41,604 nucleotides of DNA. Source: a virus. Taxonomy: Duplodnaviria; Caudoviricetes. A model generated the notes under the pieces. It was not told where the DNA came from. It was given only the letters and a program-made list of their open reading frames with translations, and searched no databases. Every line of letters begins with the position of its first letter. Position 1 is the first letter of the stretch. The translations under genes were made by a program, and so were the position numbers. Location of the stretch: IMG/VR virus record IMGVR_UViG_3300033475_000068, positions 1 through 41,604 of that record, one strand, 5' to 3'. Shown here one piece after another: positions 18,655 through 27,021 of this stretch.

Positions 18655-19319
18655 AAAACTACCTTCCTTGTTTCGATTACCCACACCCAGGGATTGAGAT
18701 CCCAGGAGTCGGGGCCGTTGATCGATTCCCAGAGGGAACGATATGCTTGTTTGGCAGTCCAATAGAAAGGGCCATGCTCATCTTGGCCGTATTCAGTATC
18801 TCTTCCGTTAGGCTCGCTATAAACACCCTCCGCGATCGCGTCGGCTTCAGTGATGTCCTGAAGGCGTTCGACACGGATTGAGACGATTTCGTCTAGGATA
18901 CGGGAGGCCCAACGAGGCATGAAGATCGAAGGGCGCAGTTTTCCGCACCATTCTTCTGGCTGCCCATCGCATTCATACCAAGTGGCGGAACCTTTTTGAA
19001 CTTCACTAGGTTTTAGTTGATTGTTGCTCCATGAAAACCGATATGTCTCTTTCCCCCAAAGACGGTCGGTGACCACACCGAAAGGACAACGAACCTTGAT
19101 CGAGCCTGAAATGTCGTACTTCGAATTCCCGATGGGAGACCAAACGGCTTTACCATTGTCCTTTAAATCGAAGGATCCGCTGATCCAACCGTCAAAGCGC
19201 CAGGCGCCGGGGTTCAAATTGATTTTGTCGAGGCCTCGCGTACGTCGAGTCTTTGTCTTCCTGTCCTCGAGCTTCGCGCGGACCATCGGAGCTGAGTAGA
19301 GAATCGGACGCTCTTTCAT
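18651..19319 (-). CDS. Conserved phage protein (ASCH-like family)
   Basis: MKERPILYSAPMVRA..RKTKTRR, PSIFMPRWASRI, VERLQDITEADAIAEG, SWDLNPWVWVIE. Confidence 0.75.
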   Translation of the reverse strand: MKERPILYSAPMVRAKLEDRKTKTRRTRGLDKINLNPGAWRFDGWISGSFDLKDNGKAVWSPIGNSKYDISGSIKVRCPFGVVTDRLWGKETYRFSWSNNQLKPSEVQKGSATWYECDGQPEEWCGKLRPSIFMPRWASRILDEIVSIRVERLQDITEADAIAEGVYSEPNGRDTEYGQDEHGPFYWTAKQAYRSLWESINGPDSWDLNPWVWVIETRKVVL

Positions 19320-19711
19320 AGTCGTCCCTCGGCTTTGGCTATTGCGGTAAGCCATTCTTGCGGCGGTTTTGAGCCATTGGCAGAGAGGAAATATTCACAG
19401 GCATCTCGCAAGGCAACCAGTAAGTCGGGAGCGGCGGCTATAAGATTGAGGTCTGGATGGTCAAGAAGTTGGAACCAGTCACGATGATGCTCTCGGCCGG
19501 GCTCGACTTTCTTGAAATTCTCTGCGTTGCAAAGGAGTTCAATTCCATTTTTGTCAGCCATTACGACCGGTTGTGCACTGTTCATTCCCCATCGCGTAAA
19601 GCCGAGAACAGTCAAATCGTATTTCGGTTTTCCACCACACAATTGGATTATTCGGCTCTTGGGGTTGATTTCCCAACGCCACGGTCCGGGCGTGTACTTA
19701 CTTCCAGACAT
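19316..19711 (-). CDS. Conserved phage hypothetical protein
   Basis: TPGPW...LIAAAPDLL motif common in phage early genes. Confidence 0.65.
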   Translation of the reverse strand: MSGSKYTPGPWRWEINPKSRIIQLCGGKPKYDLTVLGFTRWGMNSAQPVVMADKNGIELLCNAENFKKVEPGREHHRDWFQLLDHPDLNLIAAAPDLLVALRDACEYFLSANGSKPPQEWLTAIAKAEGRL

Positions 19712-19823
19712 AATGCCCCCAGAGAGCGCCACAGCCAAAAACTCCGACGACCATGACGATCCAGAAAATGAACGTGATAGCGCATCCCACGACGCGCTTG
19801 ATTTGTGGTGCTAGATTGCTCAT
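19698..19823 (-). CDS. Small membrane protein (41 aa)
   Basis: Manual translation MSNLAPQIKRVVGCAITFIFWIVMVVGVFGCGALWGHYVWK. ATGA-coupled and fills the gap. Confidence 0.5.
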   Translation of the reverse strand: MSNLAPQIKRVVGCAITFIFWIVMVVGVFGCGALWGHYVWK

Positions 19824-20128
19824 AGTGGCTCTCCAGTGAGGGCCTCGAATGCCTTCCGAAACTCGCCCATCATCAATTCCTGCGTTGGGAGCGCACTATT
19901 CGAGTCATGAAAGGCGAACCACTTTTCCCTATCCTCGTGGTCTGTGTAGTGCCACTTGCCGAATTTCTCGAAAGCCTCAGAGAACGGCTTTAGAGCGGCT
20001 TCCAAAGCTTCGATTTTGATTTGCTGTTTACGGGCAATATTCAGAAATTCGATGAATTCGTTTCGACTTGGACACCAATTTACATTTTGTTGCATTGCAT
20101 ATTTCCACACATTTTCGAGGACGTTCAT
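19820..20128 (-). CDS. Hypothetical protein
   Basis: 102 aa, coupled overlaps. Confidence 0.6.
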   Translation of the reverse strand: MNVLENVWKYAMQQNVNWCPSRNEFIEFLNIARKQQIKIEALEAALKPFSEAFEKFGKWHYTDHEDREKWFAFHDSNSALPTQELMMGEFRKAFEALTGEPL

Positions 20129-20823
20129 TTTTGTGCCTCTCCTGACGTCTTGTCAGTCTTGACGGGATATTGGTACCCGTTTTCCGTGATGGCGATGGCT
20201 AGCCTGAACCATGGATCAGAGTCCTCCGGCGAGACCTCGAACTCTTCCTTGAGCCATGCGGCTAACTTGGTAAAATCCACGTTCGCGAGTTTACAGACGC
20301 AATTAACAGTACCAGAGTGATCGCGTTTCACAGCGAAGACCTTGAGTCCGATTTTTTTATAGGCGTCAATGCCAGCAAAATCTTTCCAAACCACTGAGCC
20401 CAAAAGGTCAACTGTTCCGATCTCGACTATGGGAGAATCCATTCTTGGCAAACTGGCGACGGGAATTTGTGAATCGACTCCAGCGAGGGCTTTTATGGCA
20501 GTATCGACAGCATAAGAATCTCCGTGACCGCCTGGAATATCGAAAGTGTTTTTTGAAATCTTCTCGAGCGTCTCCCGAAGTCGCTTATTTTCTGTCATCA
20601 ACTTATCTTGTGAGACACAGATACTATGCATCATGGTTTTTCGGGCTTTCTTGTATTTTTCATTTTCTGCTTTCAGTCTACCGAGATCGATACGTGCTTC
20701 TAGCAATTTCTTCAGAACCTTTCCAGCGAAGCTTCTTTCGTAAAGAACACCCCTAATAGAATCAGTTGTTCCCTGAAATTCTGGCAGAAATCTTTCAATC
20801 TGATCATCTGTAAATTCACTCAT
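20125..20823 (-). CDS. Hypothetical protein (coiled-coil segment)
   Basis: 232 aa, AT-richer, coupled. Confidence 0.6.
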   Translation of the reverse strand: MSEFTDDQIERFLPEFQGTTDSIRGVLYERSFAGKVLKKLLEARIDLGRLKAENEKYKKARKTMMHSICVSQDKLMTENKRLRETLEKISKNTFDIPGGHGDSYAVDTAIKALAGVDSQIPVASLPRMDSPIVEIGTVDLLGSVVWKDFAGIDAYKKIGLKVFAVKRDHSGTVNCVCKLANVDFTKLAAWLKEEFEVSPEDSDPWFRLAIAITENGYQYPVKTDKTSGEAQK

Positions 20824-21034
20824 ACCACTCTCCTGGAAAAAGTTTGTCGAGGTCGACTTCGGGGAATTCGCGTTTCATCGCTGCGCCCACTACTCGCTTG
20901 TCGTTGGCGTCCAATATCGACCAACCCTGTTTGAGGTTGAAGCCGACGAGCCAGCCGCAGAAGTTTCGGACGAAGCGATAACCGTGGTAGACGAGTATCG
21001 CCTTCAACCGTTCTAAAAATTGTTCTTCGTTCAT
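20816..21034 (-). CDS. Hypothetical protein
   Basis: GAGG RBS before ATG 21034 (MNEEQF). Confidence 0.55.
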   Translation of the reverse strand: MNEEQFLERLKAILVYHGYRFVRNFCGWLVGFNLKQGWSILDANDKRVVGAAMKREFPEVDLDKLFPGEWYE

Positions 21035-21127
21035 TGTATCCTCTAAAAAACCCCGCCCTTTGGGCATAATCCAATCGGGCACCAGCGGACCTCGCGGCCT
21101 CTCATCTCACCTGCCGGGCGAGGTGGA

Positions 21128-21358
21128 TTATCTTTGATCGATCTCGAACCGGATAACGCAGTCCTTCAATTGCTGAAAGTTGAGCCTGACGTATTCGTTT
21201 TCGCCGATCTTCAGCTCAATGATGTCTCCGGTCGAACCCGTTATCGAAAAAAGGACGGGCTTGGTAGCCCAGTTTCCGTTTTTGTCAAACTTTGTTCGGC
21301 TACCCGGCAGACTATGCACAATGTCTTTATCGTTGAAATCGTCGTATGTGTGGATCAT
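21128..21358 (-). CDS. Hypothetical protein
   Basis: 76 aa, ATGA overlap with the SbcCD fusion stop. Confidence 0.55.
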   Translation of the reverse strand: MIHTYDDFNDKDIVHSLPGSRTKFDKNGNWATKPVLFSITGSTGDIIELKIGENEYVRLNFQQLKDCVIRFEIDQR

Positions 21359-24300
21359 GCCGCCCCTCCTAACACTTCAGGGAATTTCAGAACGCACTCG
21401 CCCTTCCGAGGCCCGACGACGATCTTGTTGGCGATCATCGCCTGTAGCTCGGTGCTGTGCGTGATGATGATCGTGTGCTGGCGTCCAGCCTGACGGTGTG
21501 CGGCCTGAAGCATCCGAAAGTAGGTGAGCTTCTGAACGGGATCGAGAGCCCCGTCGGCTTCGTCCATGAAAACCGTCAGGAAATCGATGTTCGTCCGGGC
21601 GCGGATCAATCCAAAAGCATCGTAGAGCGCTCGACGTATCCAAACGGCCTCGCCGCCGGAGAGCGTCGAGATCTCCTGTCGTTCGCCGGTTTCGGTGTCG
21701 AGGATGAAGATCAGGAAGGTTTCGATCTGCTTCTGCGCCTTGCCAGTACCCGATAGCTGCGTGGTCTCGAACTCGATCTGGTAACGGCTCCCGAACGAAT
21801 CCCTAAGCAGTCCGTTAGAAACAGCGGCGATGGTAGGCACGACGGCATCGAGCTCGAGGGCTTGAATTCCCTTTTCCGAACACGCGAACTCCAGTAGACG
21901 CCATTCGGCGATTTCAGCCTGTAGCGTTTGCAAAGCCGTTTTGAGCGCTTCGACTGTCAGGCGATCCTTTTCCACGGCTTCAAGCTGTCGTCGGGCCTGC
22001 ACGAGATCAGCTTCGGCAACGGCGAGGTTTTTCTGTGTGTCTTGATACTGTGTGCGGAGAGCCTGAAGGGTTTCCTCGGCGGTCTTCAGCCGGTTCTCAA
22101 GATCGGGCACGAGTTCGGCTTCAAGAGCGGCTTTCCGCTGGCGTTCACGTATGACGACGGCTTGAAGTTCGATGAGTTGTTTCGAGAGTTCCTCGATCCT
22201 CACGCCGGCTTCAGTTGCGGCCTCCAGCGTTGCACGTGCGCCCTGGATTTCGATGAAGTAGAGATCGGCCTTCAGGCCCTCCCGTCTGGCGTCGTTCCAG
22301 ATCCCAAGACTCGATTTAGGCGGGACGAACGGCGGTAAACTCGGAGCCGTTGGCATAGCGGATTCAGTGGCGGCACGCTCGAGAGTCGAGGCCTTGAAAC
22401 GGCCTTCGAAGTCATCGACGGTCTTGGTTTGTAATTCGATTTTGGCCTTGAGATCATCGAGTTGCTCCTGAATCTTCTGGCGCTCGGCTAAAACGTGTTC
22501 TCTGCGTTCCTCTGGGAGGAGCTGCGCACACGTCGGGCAATGATCGTCAACAGGCTTTGCCAAATCTCTCTCAAGGTAGGTCCGCTGTTGTTCGAGGATC
22601 GAGAGTTCGTTTTTCGCTTTCTGCCATTCGGCTTGAGCTCGTGTTTCTTTCTCGCGGGCTTGTTGGACCTCGGCGAAGTGATTCTGACGCGCGGTTTCAA
22701 ATTTCTCGCGCTCGGCACGTTGTCCGTCTTCGAAGAACTTTCTCGCTTCGTCGACGATCTTCTGTTCGGCTGCGAGGGCTTCGAGGTGCTTTTGATAGGC
22801 CTCGTTTTCAGTTGCCAGGTCGGCGGTGAGTTGGTCGAATTCCTTGACCGTCTTCTCAGCCTCTTCTCGTTTCGCCACAGACTCCCGGAATCTGATGAGC
22901 GAGGCTTCCGTAGCGTCGATCTTGCTCTTGGCCTCAACCGCCAAACGTTCAGCCTCGATGCTGTCCATAATCTTCTGACGATTACCTTGATCCTGGAGCT
23001 TGATGTCGTCGACTTCTCTCGATGCTGTCCTGCCCTGCCCTTCGAGAGACGTCAGGCGTTCGGTGTTGGCTTGGATACGTTCGCCATGAATCACGATCTC
23101 GCGTTCGATTTCCTCCTGGTCGGGAATTCTCGAAACCAGCAAAGAAAGTTCGGCTTCCTTGATGTAGGAGACTTGGGATCGGGCGTCGCCTTTGGACTTG
23201 GCAAGGCCTTTGTAGACCTCGAAGTGACCCAGACCGCAGAGAGCCGAAAACAAGGACTTCCGCTCGCCGGCTGTCGCGTCGCCGAGATCCTGGAGAGTTC
23301 CGCCGCCTTCGGCCTTGGGTTGGCGTTGTGTGACGAAGGCCGACCGGAGGTAGAGGTCACGAGAGCCGAAGATCTTGTCGATTGCCTCGACGTAGGCTTC
23401 CTTGCGTCCCGTGATGCCCGGCATGGGTTCCCAACCGTTGCCAGCGTCGAAGTCGAGGTAGTACTCGGTCGTACCAGAGGCGATGGCGGCGTTAATCAGG
23501 ATTCGGGCTCTGAAACGTGTTCCTGTCGAGAGATCGATCCAATAGAGTTCGCGCCTGGAATCCTTGAGTCTGAACTGATCCTTGAGCGTTCCGTCCCGTG
23601 TCAGGAGGCACGGCCAGGGGTGCATATTCTCGATCAGTGTCGTTTTTCCGGCTCCGTTGCCGCCGATGAGTGCCAAGAGGCCGGGCTCAACTGCTTCGAG
23701 ATCAATGTCGACCTCTTCGAGCCTCGATTTTTTCCACAGACCTTTAGCGCCGCGGAGAACCAAGCGCGTAAGCATGATTTTCTGATCTCGGGCGATCGCG
23801 CCAGAAGACTGGGCTTCGCTCTCGATCTCATCGGCCTTGAGGAGAAGTGTCTCGGGCGTGGCCTTGCTTGAGTTTTGGCCCCAGAACGTGACCTTATCTC
23901 TGAGTTTCGAGTGTTTGATGATCTCGCCGGCGCGGACGGTTTCTGTCGGCAAGACATTCGGCGTGACCCTGGAATCGGGATGCGCACCGGCGGCGATGAG
24001 CTGCGAGTGGAAGGCCTCGAGGTCCAGTGCTGCGTATTCTTCCTTCGTGCAGGTGATCTCGAGCTTGACATTGGAGCCCTTGTGGACTTCTTTCTTCAGA
24101 TCCTTATCGATTTGGGAATCGCCGAGCAACGTCGGGATGAGTTTGACGCGAACCGTTTGGTTGATGGGATGGCCGAAGGAAACGCGCGTGACGTAATGGC
24201 ACCAAGTATCAAACTCTATGCCAGAACGGCGAAGATCGACGAGGTTGCATCCGGCGTCGTGTGTTTCGCCGAAATCCACAGGATAGGCCGAACCCGGGTA

Positions 24301-25017
24301 ATAGGCAGGGAGCCCGATGGATTCGCCCACGTGTTGGGGTTCGTGAATGTCTCCCATGGCGATGTAATCGGCTCCGACGGCTGACAAGTCATCGATCGAG
24401 GGCCGCATTCCCGATGCGTTGTCGAGGATGTCTCCTGTCTGGAGCCTTGCGCCACCGACCTGACCATGGTACAAAAGAACACAAGGAAGGCTTGGGTACT
24501 GTTTCCTGATCCCGCCAAGGCCGAGAAACAAACTTCTGAGTCCATCCCTAACAGCGGTTTCGGCCGCTGTTTTTTCGTCGAAGTACGATTGTAACCACTT
24601 TTTTGACGGTTCCGGCACACCGAAGAGCAAGGCCTTCGCTTGATTTGAATGTTTTCGGTCGGTCAAAATATTCCCATTTTCGAGCAGAAAATATTCCTGA
24701 CCTGGTTCGAGGATAATGATTCCAAATTTTGACCGAAGTTTTGTCAAAATTGCGAGCGAACCTTCAATATCATGTGTAGTAGTTCCATAAACAACCACCA
24801 CGGGTGCTATATCTGCAAGTAGTCTAATTTCTTCGACGATGGCATCAAAGAAATATTTGTCGGAGTTATGAATTGGGCCGTCAAAAGTGTCACCAGCGAT
24901 GACAATCAAATCAACTTTTTCTATTATGGCCGCATCGCCTGCTCTCCGCATTGATTGTTGAAATTCAAAGAATCGTTCAGGACGCGCATGGAGGTCTGCG
25001 AGGTGGAGGAGTTTCAC
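21355..25017 (-). CDS. SbcD(Mre11)-SbcC(Rad50) fusion nuclease/ATPase
   Basis: N-terminal ADLH, AGD, GTTTHD, YHG, MGDIH, YPGS; C-terminal GGNGAGKTT, coiled coil, CPTC hook, LSGGE, FMDEADG, ITH. Confidence 0.9.
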   Translation of the reverse strand: MKLLHLADLHARPERFFEFQQSMRRAGDAAIIEKVDLIVIAGDTFDGPIHNSDKYFFDAIVEEIRLLADIAPVVVVYGTTTHDIEGSLAILTKLRSKFGIIILEPGQEYFLLENGNILTDRKHSNQAKALLFGVPEPSKKWLQSYFDEKTAAETAVRDGLRSLFLGLGGIRKQYPSLPCVLLYHGQVGGARLQTGDILDNASGMRPSIDDLSAVGADYIAMGDIHEPQHVGESIGLPAYYPGSAYPVDFGETHDAGCNLVDLRRSGIEFDTWCHYVTRVSFGHPINQTVRVKLIPTLLGDSQIDKDLKKEVHKGSNVKLEITCTKEEYAALDLEAFHSQLIAAGAHPDSRVTPNVLPTETVRAGEIIKHSKLRDKVTFWGQNSSKATPETLLLKADEIESEAQSSGAIARDQKIMLTRLVLRGAKGLWKKSRLEEVDIDLEAVEPGLLALIGGNGAGKTTLIENMHPWPCLLTRDGTLKDQFRLKDSRRELYWIDLSTGTRFRARILINAAIASGTTEYYLDFDAGNGWEPMPGITGRKEAYVEAIDKIFGSRDLYLRSAFVTQRQPKAEGGGTLQDLGDATAGERKSLFSALCGLGHFEVYKGLAKSKGDARSQVSYIKEAELSLLVSRIPDQEEIEREIVIHGERIQANTERLTSLEGQGRTASREVDDIKLQDQGNRQKIMDSIEAERLAVEAKSKIDATEASLIRFRESVAKREEAEKTVKEFDQLTADLATENEAYQKHLEALAAEQKIVDEARKFFEDGQRAEREKFETARQNHFAEVQQAREKETRAQAEWQKAKNELSILEQQRTYLERDLAKPVDDHCPTCAQLLPEERREHVLAERQKIQEQLDDLKAKIELQTKTVDDFEGRFKASTLERAATESAMPTAPSLPPFVPPKSSLGIWNDARREGLKADLYFIEIQGARATLEAATEAGVRIEELSKQLIELQAVVIRERQRKAALEAELVPDLENRLKTAEETLQALRTQYQDTQKNLAVAEADLVQARRQLEAVEKDRLTVEALKTALQTLQAEIAEWRLLEFACSEKGIQALELDAVVPTIAAVSNGLLRDSFGSRYQIEFETTQLSGTGKAQKQIETFLIFILDTETGERQEISTLSGGEAVWIRRALYDAFGLIRARTNIDFLTVFMDEADGALDPVQKLTYFRMLQAAHRQAGRQHTIIITHSTELQAMIANKIVVGPRKGECVLKFPEVLGGAA

Positions 25018-25997
25018 TGCACACCTCCAGAGACCTGCATCGTGATGCCCTTCCCGGCAAGGAAAGTCTTCGCCTTGTCGAGGTAATCCGCAAAAACTTC
25101 GTCTGTGGTTTCGGGGTTGGCGATTGTCGCCTCGAAAGTCGAAATTGCCTTCGGCCCTAGGTTGTCACGGTATTTATCGAGAACCTGTTGAAGCGAGTAA
25201 CGAAACGGATTTACCGGCGGTCCACTGCGTTTGTCAGACGTGGGGTCAAAATCCTCTTCCGGCGGAGTGACGTCACGGAGTTTTCTTTCAACCGGAGCCT
25301 CAAGAGCTGCGGTACGATTCGGGCCGAAGAGTGCATGAGTATTACCTGTGAGGTTGGCGATCATCGCCTGAGCCATGAGTTGATTTTTTGTATTTACGAT
25401 GACACGGCTAAAGAGAAATGTCTCGACTGCGCGGTTTTTGAACAGATCCTTAAACCCGGTTTGCATCCCGAGGATCGAGAGCGTCGCCCGACTTCTAGCC
25501 CCGGTGTTGGCCCTTTGGCGCGCGACTTTTCGAAGTCCGTTGAGTTCCTTTTCGAGTTCGAGCGGAGTATGCGGCACACGATTTGGTTTCCCGCCCTGTG
25601 GTACATTTGTCCAGTCCTTTTTTCCTTCGAGTCTGATCTCATCAGCCCGAACCTGACAATCAAACTCATAGACCGCCACATCGCTGTAAATCTTGTTTCC
25701 GTCCGGCCCCAAGACCGTGGCTTGGGATTTTCCGACATAAACATTTTCACTTTCTTTAATACAACCATCTACTAGTTCGTTGTACGACACTCCGGCGGCT
25801 GATGCAAATTTGTCCAGAGTTTCTTTCTTTGGCGAAAAGGTCTTTCCACCATCCAGTTTGTGAAACTCATCGGGTCGAACTTCAATAGCGTCGATGTGGA
25901 CTTCCAAGAGGTCCGGGAGCTCGAGGTGAGCCGGTTTGACGTAATTCACCGCATCGGGATAACGAGCGATGAAAGCCTTTGCCTGTTCTCTTGTCAC
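25014..25997 (-). CDS. Putative single-strand annealing/recombination protein
   Basis: KETLDKFASAAGV and RANTGARSRA..LG motifs reminiscent of Rad52-like phage SSAPs. Directly upstream of the exonuclease, GGAGG RBS. Confidence 0.5.
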   Translation of the reverse strand: MTREQAKAFIARYPDAVNYVKPAHLELPDLLEVHIDAIEVRPDEFHKLDGGKTFSPKKETLDKFASAAGVSYNELVDGCIKESENVYVGKSQATVLGPDGNKIYSDVAVYEFDCQVRADEIRLEGKKDWTNVPQGGKPNRVPHTPLELEKELNGLRKVARQRANTGARSRATLSILGMQTGFKDLFKNRAVETFLFSRVIVNTKNQLMAQAMIANLTGNTHALFGPNRTAALEAPVERKLRDVTPPEEDFDPTSDKRSGPPVNPFRYSLQQVLDKYRDNLGPKAISTFEATIANPETTDEVFADYLDKAKTFLAGKGITMQVSGGVQ

Positions 25998-26122
25998 GAT
26001 TGTCCTCCTTTGTGACTTGAAAAACCCCCAGGGTGTACGGTTTCCCGCATTGGCTCACCCCAGGGGATGGATTGACGGAGGACAATCCGGAAACAAGCCA
26101 ACTGTTCCCGGACGGTCCTCGA
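25998..26122 (-). promoter_or_regulatory. Structured leader/attenuator-like element
   Basis: Long hairpin, GC stem + U-tract, and 11-nt anti-SD complementary to the RBS of the gene starting at 25997. Confidence 0.5.
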
Positions 26123-26124
26123 TT

Positions 26125-26307
26125 TCAATTGATGCTGACGAGGGTCAAGCCCTTTTCAGCCGCAACACGCCGCACACTTTCGATCGCTTTCCGGAGATTT
26201 TCCTCGGCCTCCTCGGGTGTCGGGAATTCGGCTGTGATGTCAGCTTGCCATGTTCCTTTAGCGGTCTGGCTGAGATTCATGCGCACACGCTTGCTTTCTT
26301 CGCTCAT
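26125..26307 (-). CDS. Hypothetical 60-aa protein
   Basis: GGAG RBS, ATGA-coupled. Confidence 0.6.
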   Translation of the reverse strand: MSEESKRVRMNLSQTAKGTWQADITAEFPTPEEAEENLRKAIESVRRVAAEKGLTLVSIN

Positions 26308-26588
26308 AAAAGTTCTCCTTGATTCGTTTCGGGTTTTGTTTCCGCCAACGGCGGCTTGTTCTCCAGTCGTTCCATAACGAAGGTCTCGAATTCGCCGATA
26401 AATCCTTCGTCTTGGATGATGTCGAGAACCTTGCGTTCCTGATTGTGCGCCATGCGCTTGAAGCCGATGTTTTTGTGATATTCGAAGGCATCGTAGAGAT
26501 CAGCCCACACCGAGACAGTTGTTTTTCCGGTTCTTTGTGAGTAGTCGATTATGAGATTCCGGATATTTTCTCGGCGCGTCTGGTTCAT
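26304..26588 (-). CDS. Hypothetical protein resembling antirepressor C-terminal domains
   Basis: R..IRNLI.DY......VW.DLY..F.Y...I.......LDII...G pattern recalled from phage antirepressor C-termini. Confidence 0.45.
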   Translation of the reverse strand: MNQTRRENIRNLIIDYSQRTGKTTVSVWADLYDAFEYHKNIGFKRMAHNQERKVLDIIQDEGFIGEFETFVMERLENKPPLAETKPETNQGELL

Positions 26589-26749
26589 CGGCGAGCCTCA
26601 CGCTCCCGCAGATTTTCTTCCAAAAGAATCCGCGCAGCATCAGAACGGTTTCGATTCATCCGATCGGCCTCCTCGTCGAGGCGGTCAACTAGATCCCTCG
26701 GACACTTGAAACCGATGAAACCGTCATTTTTTTCCTTAGTTTCGGGCAT
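26585..26749 (-). CDS. Ribbon-helix-helix (Arc/CopG-like) regulator, 54 aa
   Basis: Manual translation MPETKEKNDGFIGFKCPRDLVDRLDEEADRMNRNRSDAARILLEENL. GAGG RBS. Confidence 0.75.
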   Translation of the reverse strand: MPETKEKNDGFIGFKCPRDLVDRLDEEADRMNRNRSDAARILLEENLREREARR

Positions 26750-26769
26750 TTCTAAAACCTCTTTTTACC

Positions 26770-26837
26770 ATGTTAAACGTGGTTAAACCATTTGTCAAGA
26801 CTTTCGGTTAAACAAAGTGAAACCTTTAGTCGATAAT
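26770..26837. promoter_or_regulatory. Divergent promoter/operator region of RHH pair
   Basis: Minus strand TTGACA-N17-TAACAT; plus strand GATAAT 6 nt before ATG 26844; repeated GTTAAAC/GTGAAAC boxes. Confidence 0.65.
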
Positions 26838-26843
26838 TCGGAT

Positions 26844-27020
26844 ATGGCTAAAAGTGCGGAGAAACGCGAATTCTTTGGAGCAAAGATTCTCCCAGAGTTG
26901 AAACAGGCGATCGAGATCTTGGCCGATGAAGACGACCGCAGCGCCTCGAACGTCGCGGAACGCATCTTGCTCGCCTGGTTCCGGGAACACCGCCCCGATC
27001 TCCTGCCTCCGAATTTCTGA
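26844..27020 (+). CDS. Ribbon-helix-helix (Arc/Mnt-like) regulator
   Basis: FFGAKILPELKQAIEILADEDDRSASNVAERIL RHH pattern. Only plus-strand gene in this block. Confidence 0.7.
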   Translation: MAKSAEKREFFGAKILPELKQAIEILADEDDRSASNVAERILLAWFREHRPDLLPPNF

Positions 27021-27021
27021 T

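Noticed and set aside
21085-21112. Hammerhead ribozyme
   Set aside because: GATGAG plus a GNRA hairpin is present, but the CUGAUGA and GAAA core elements are not.
22495-23871. Long plus-strand ORFs (also 1844-2731, 4817-5764, 11108-11893, 16948-17715)
   Set aside because: Antisense shadows of well-supported minus-strand genes, with no motifs or RBS.
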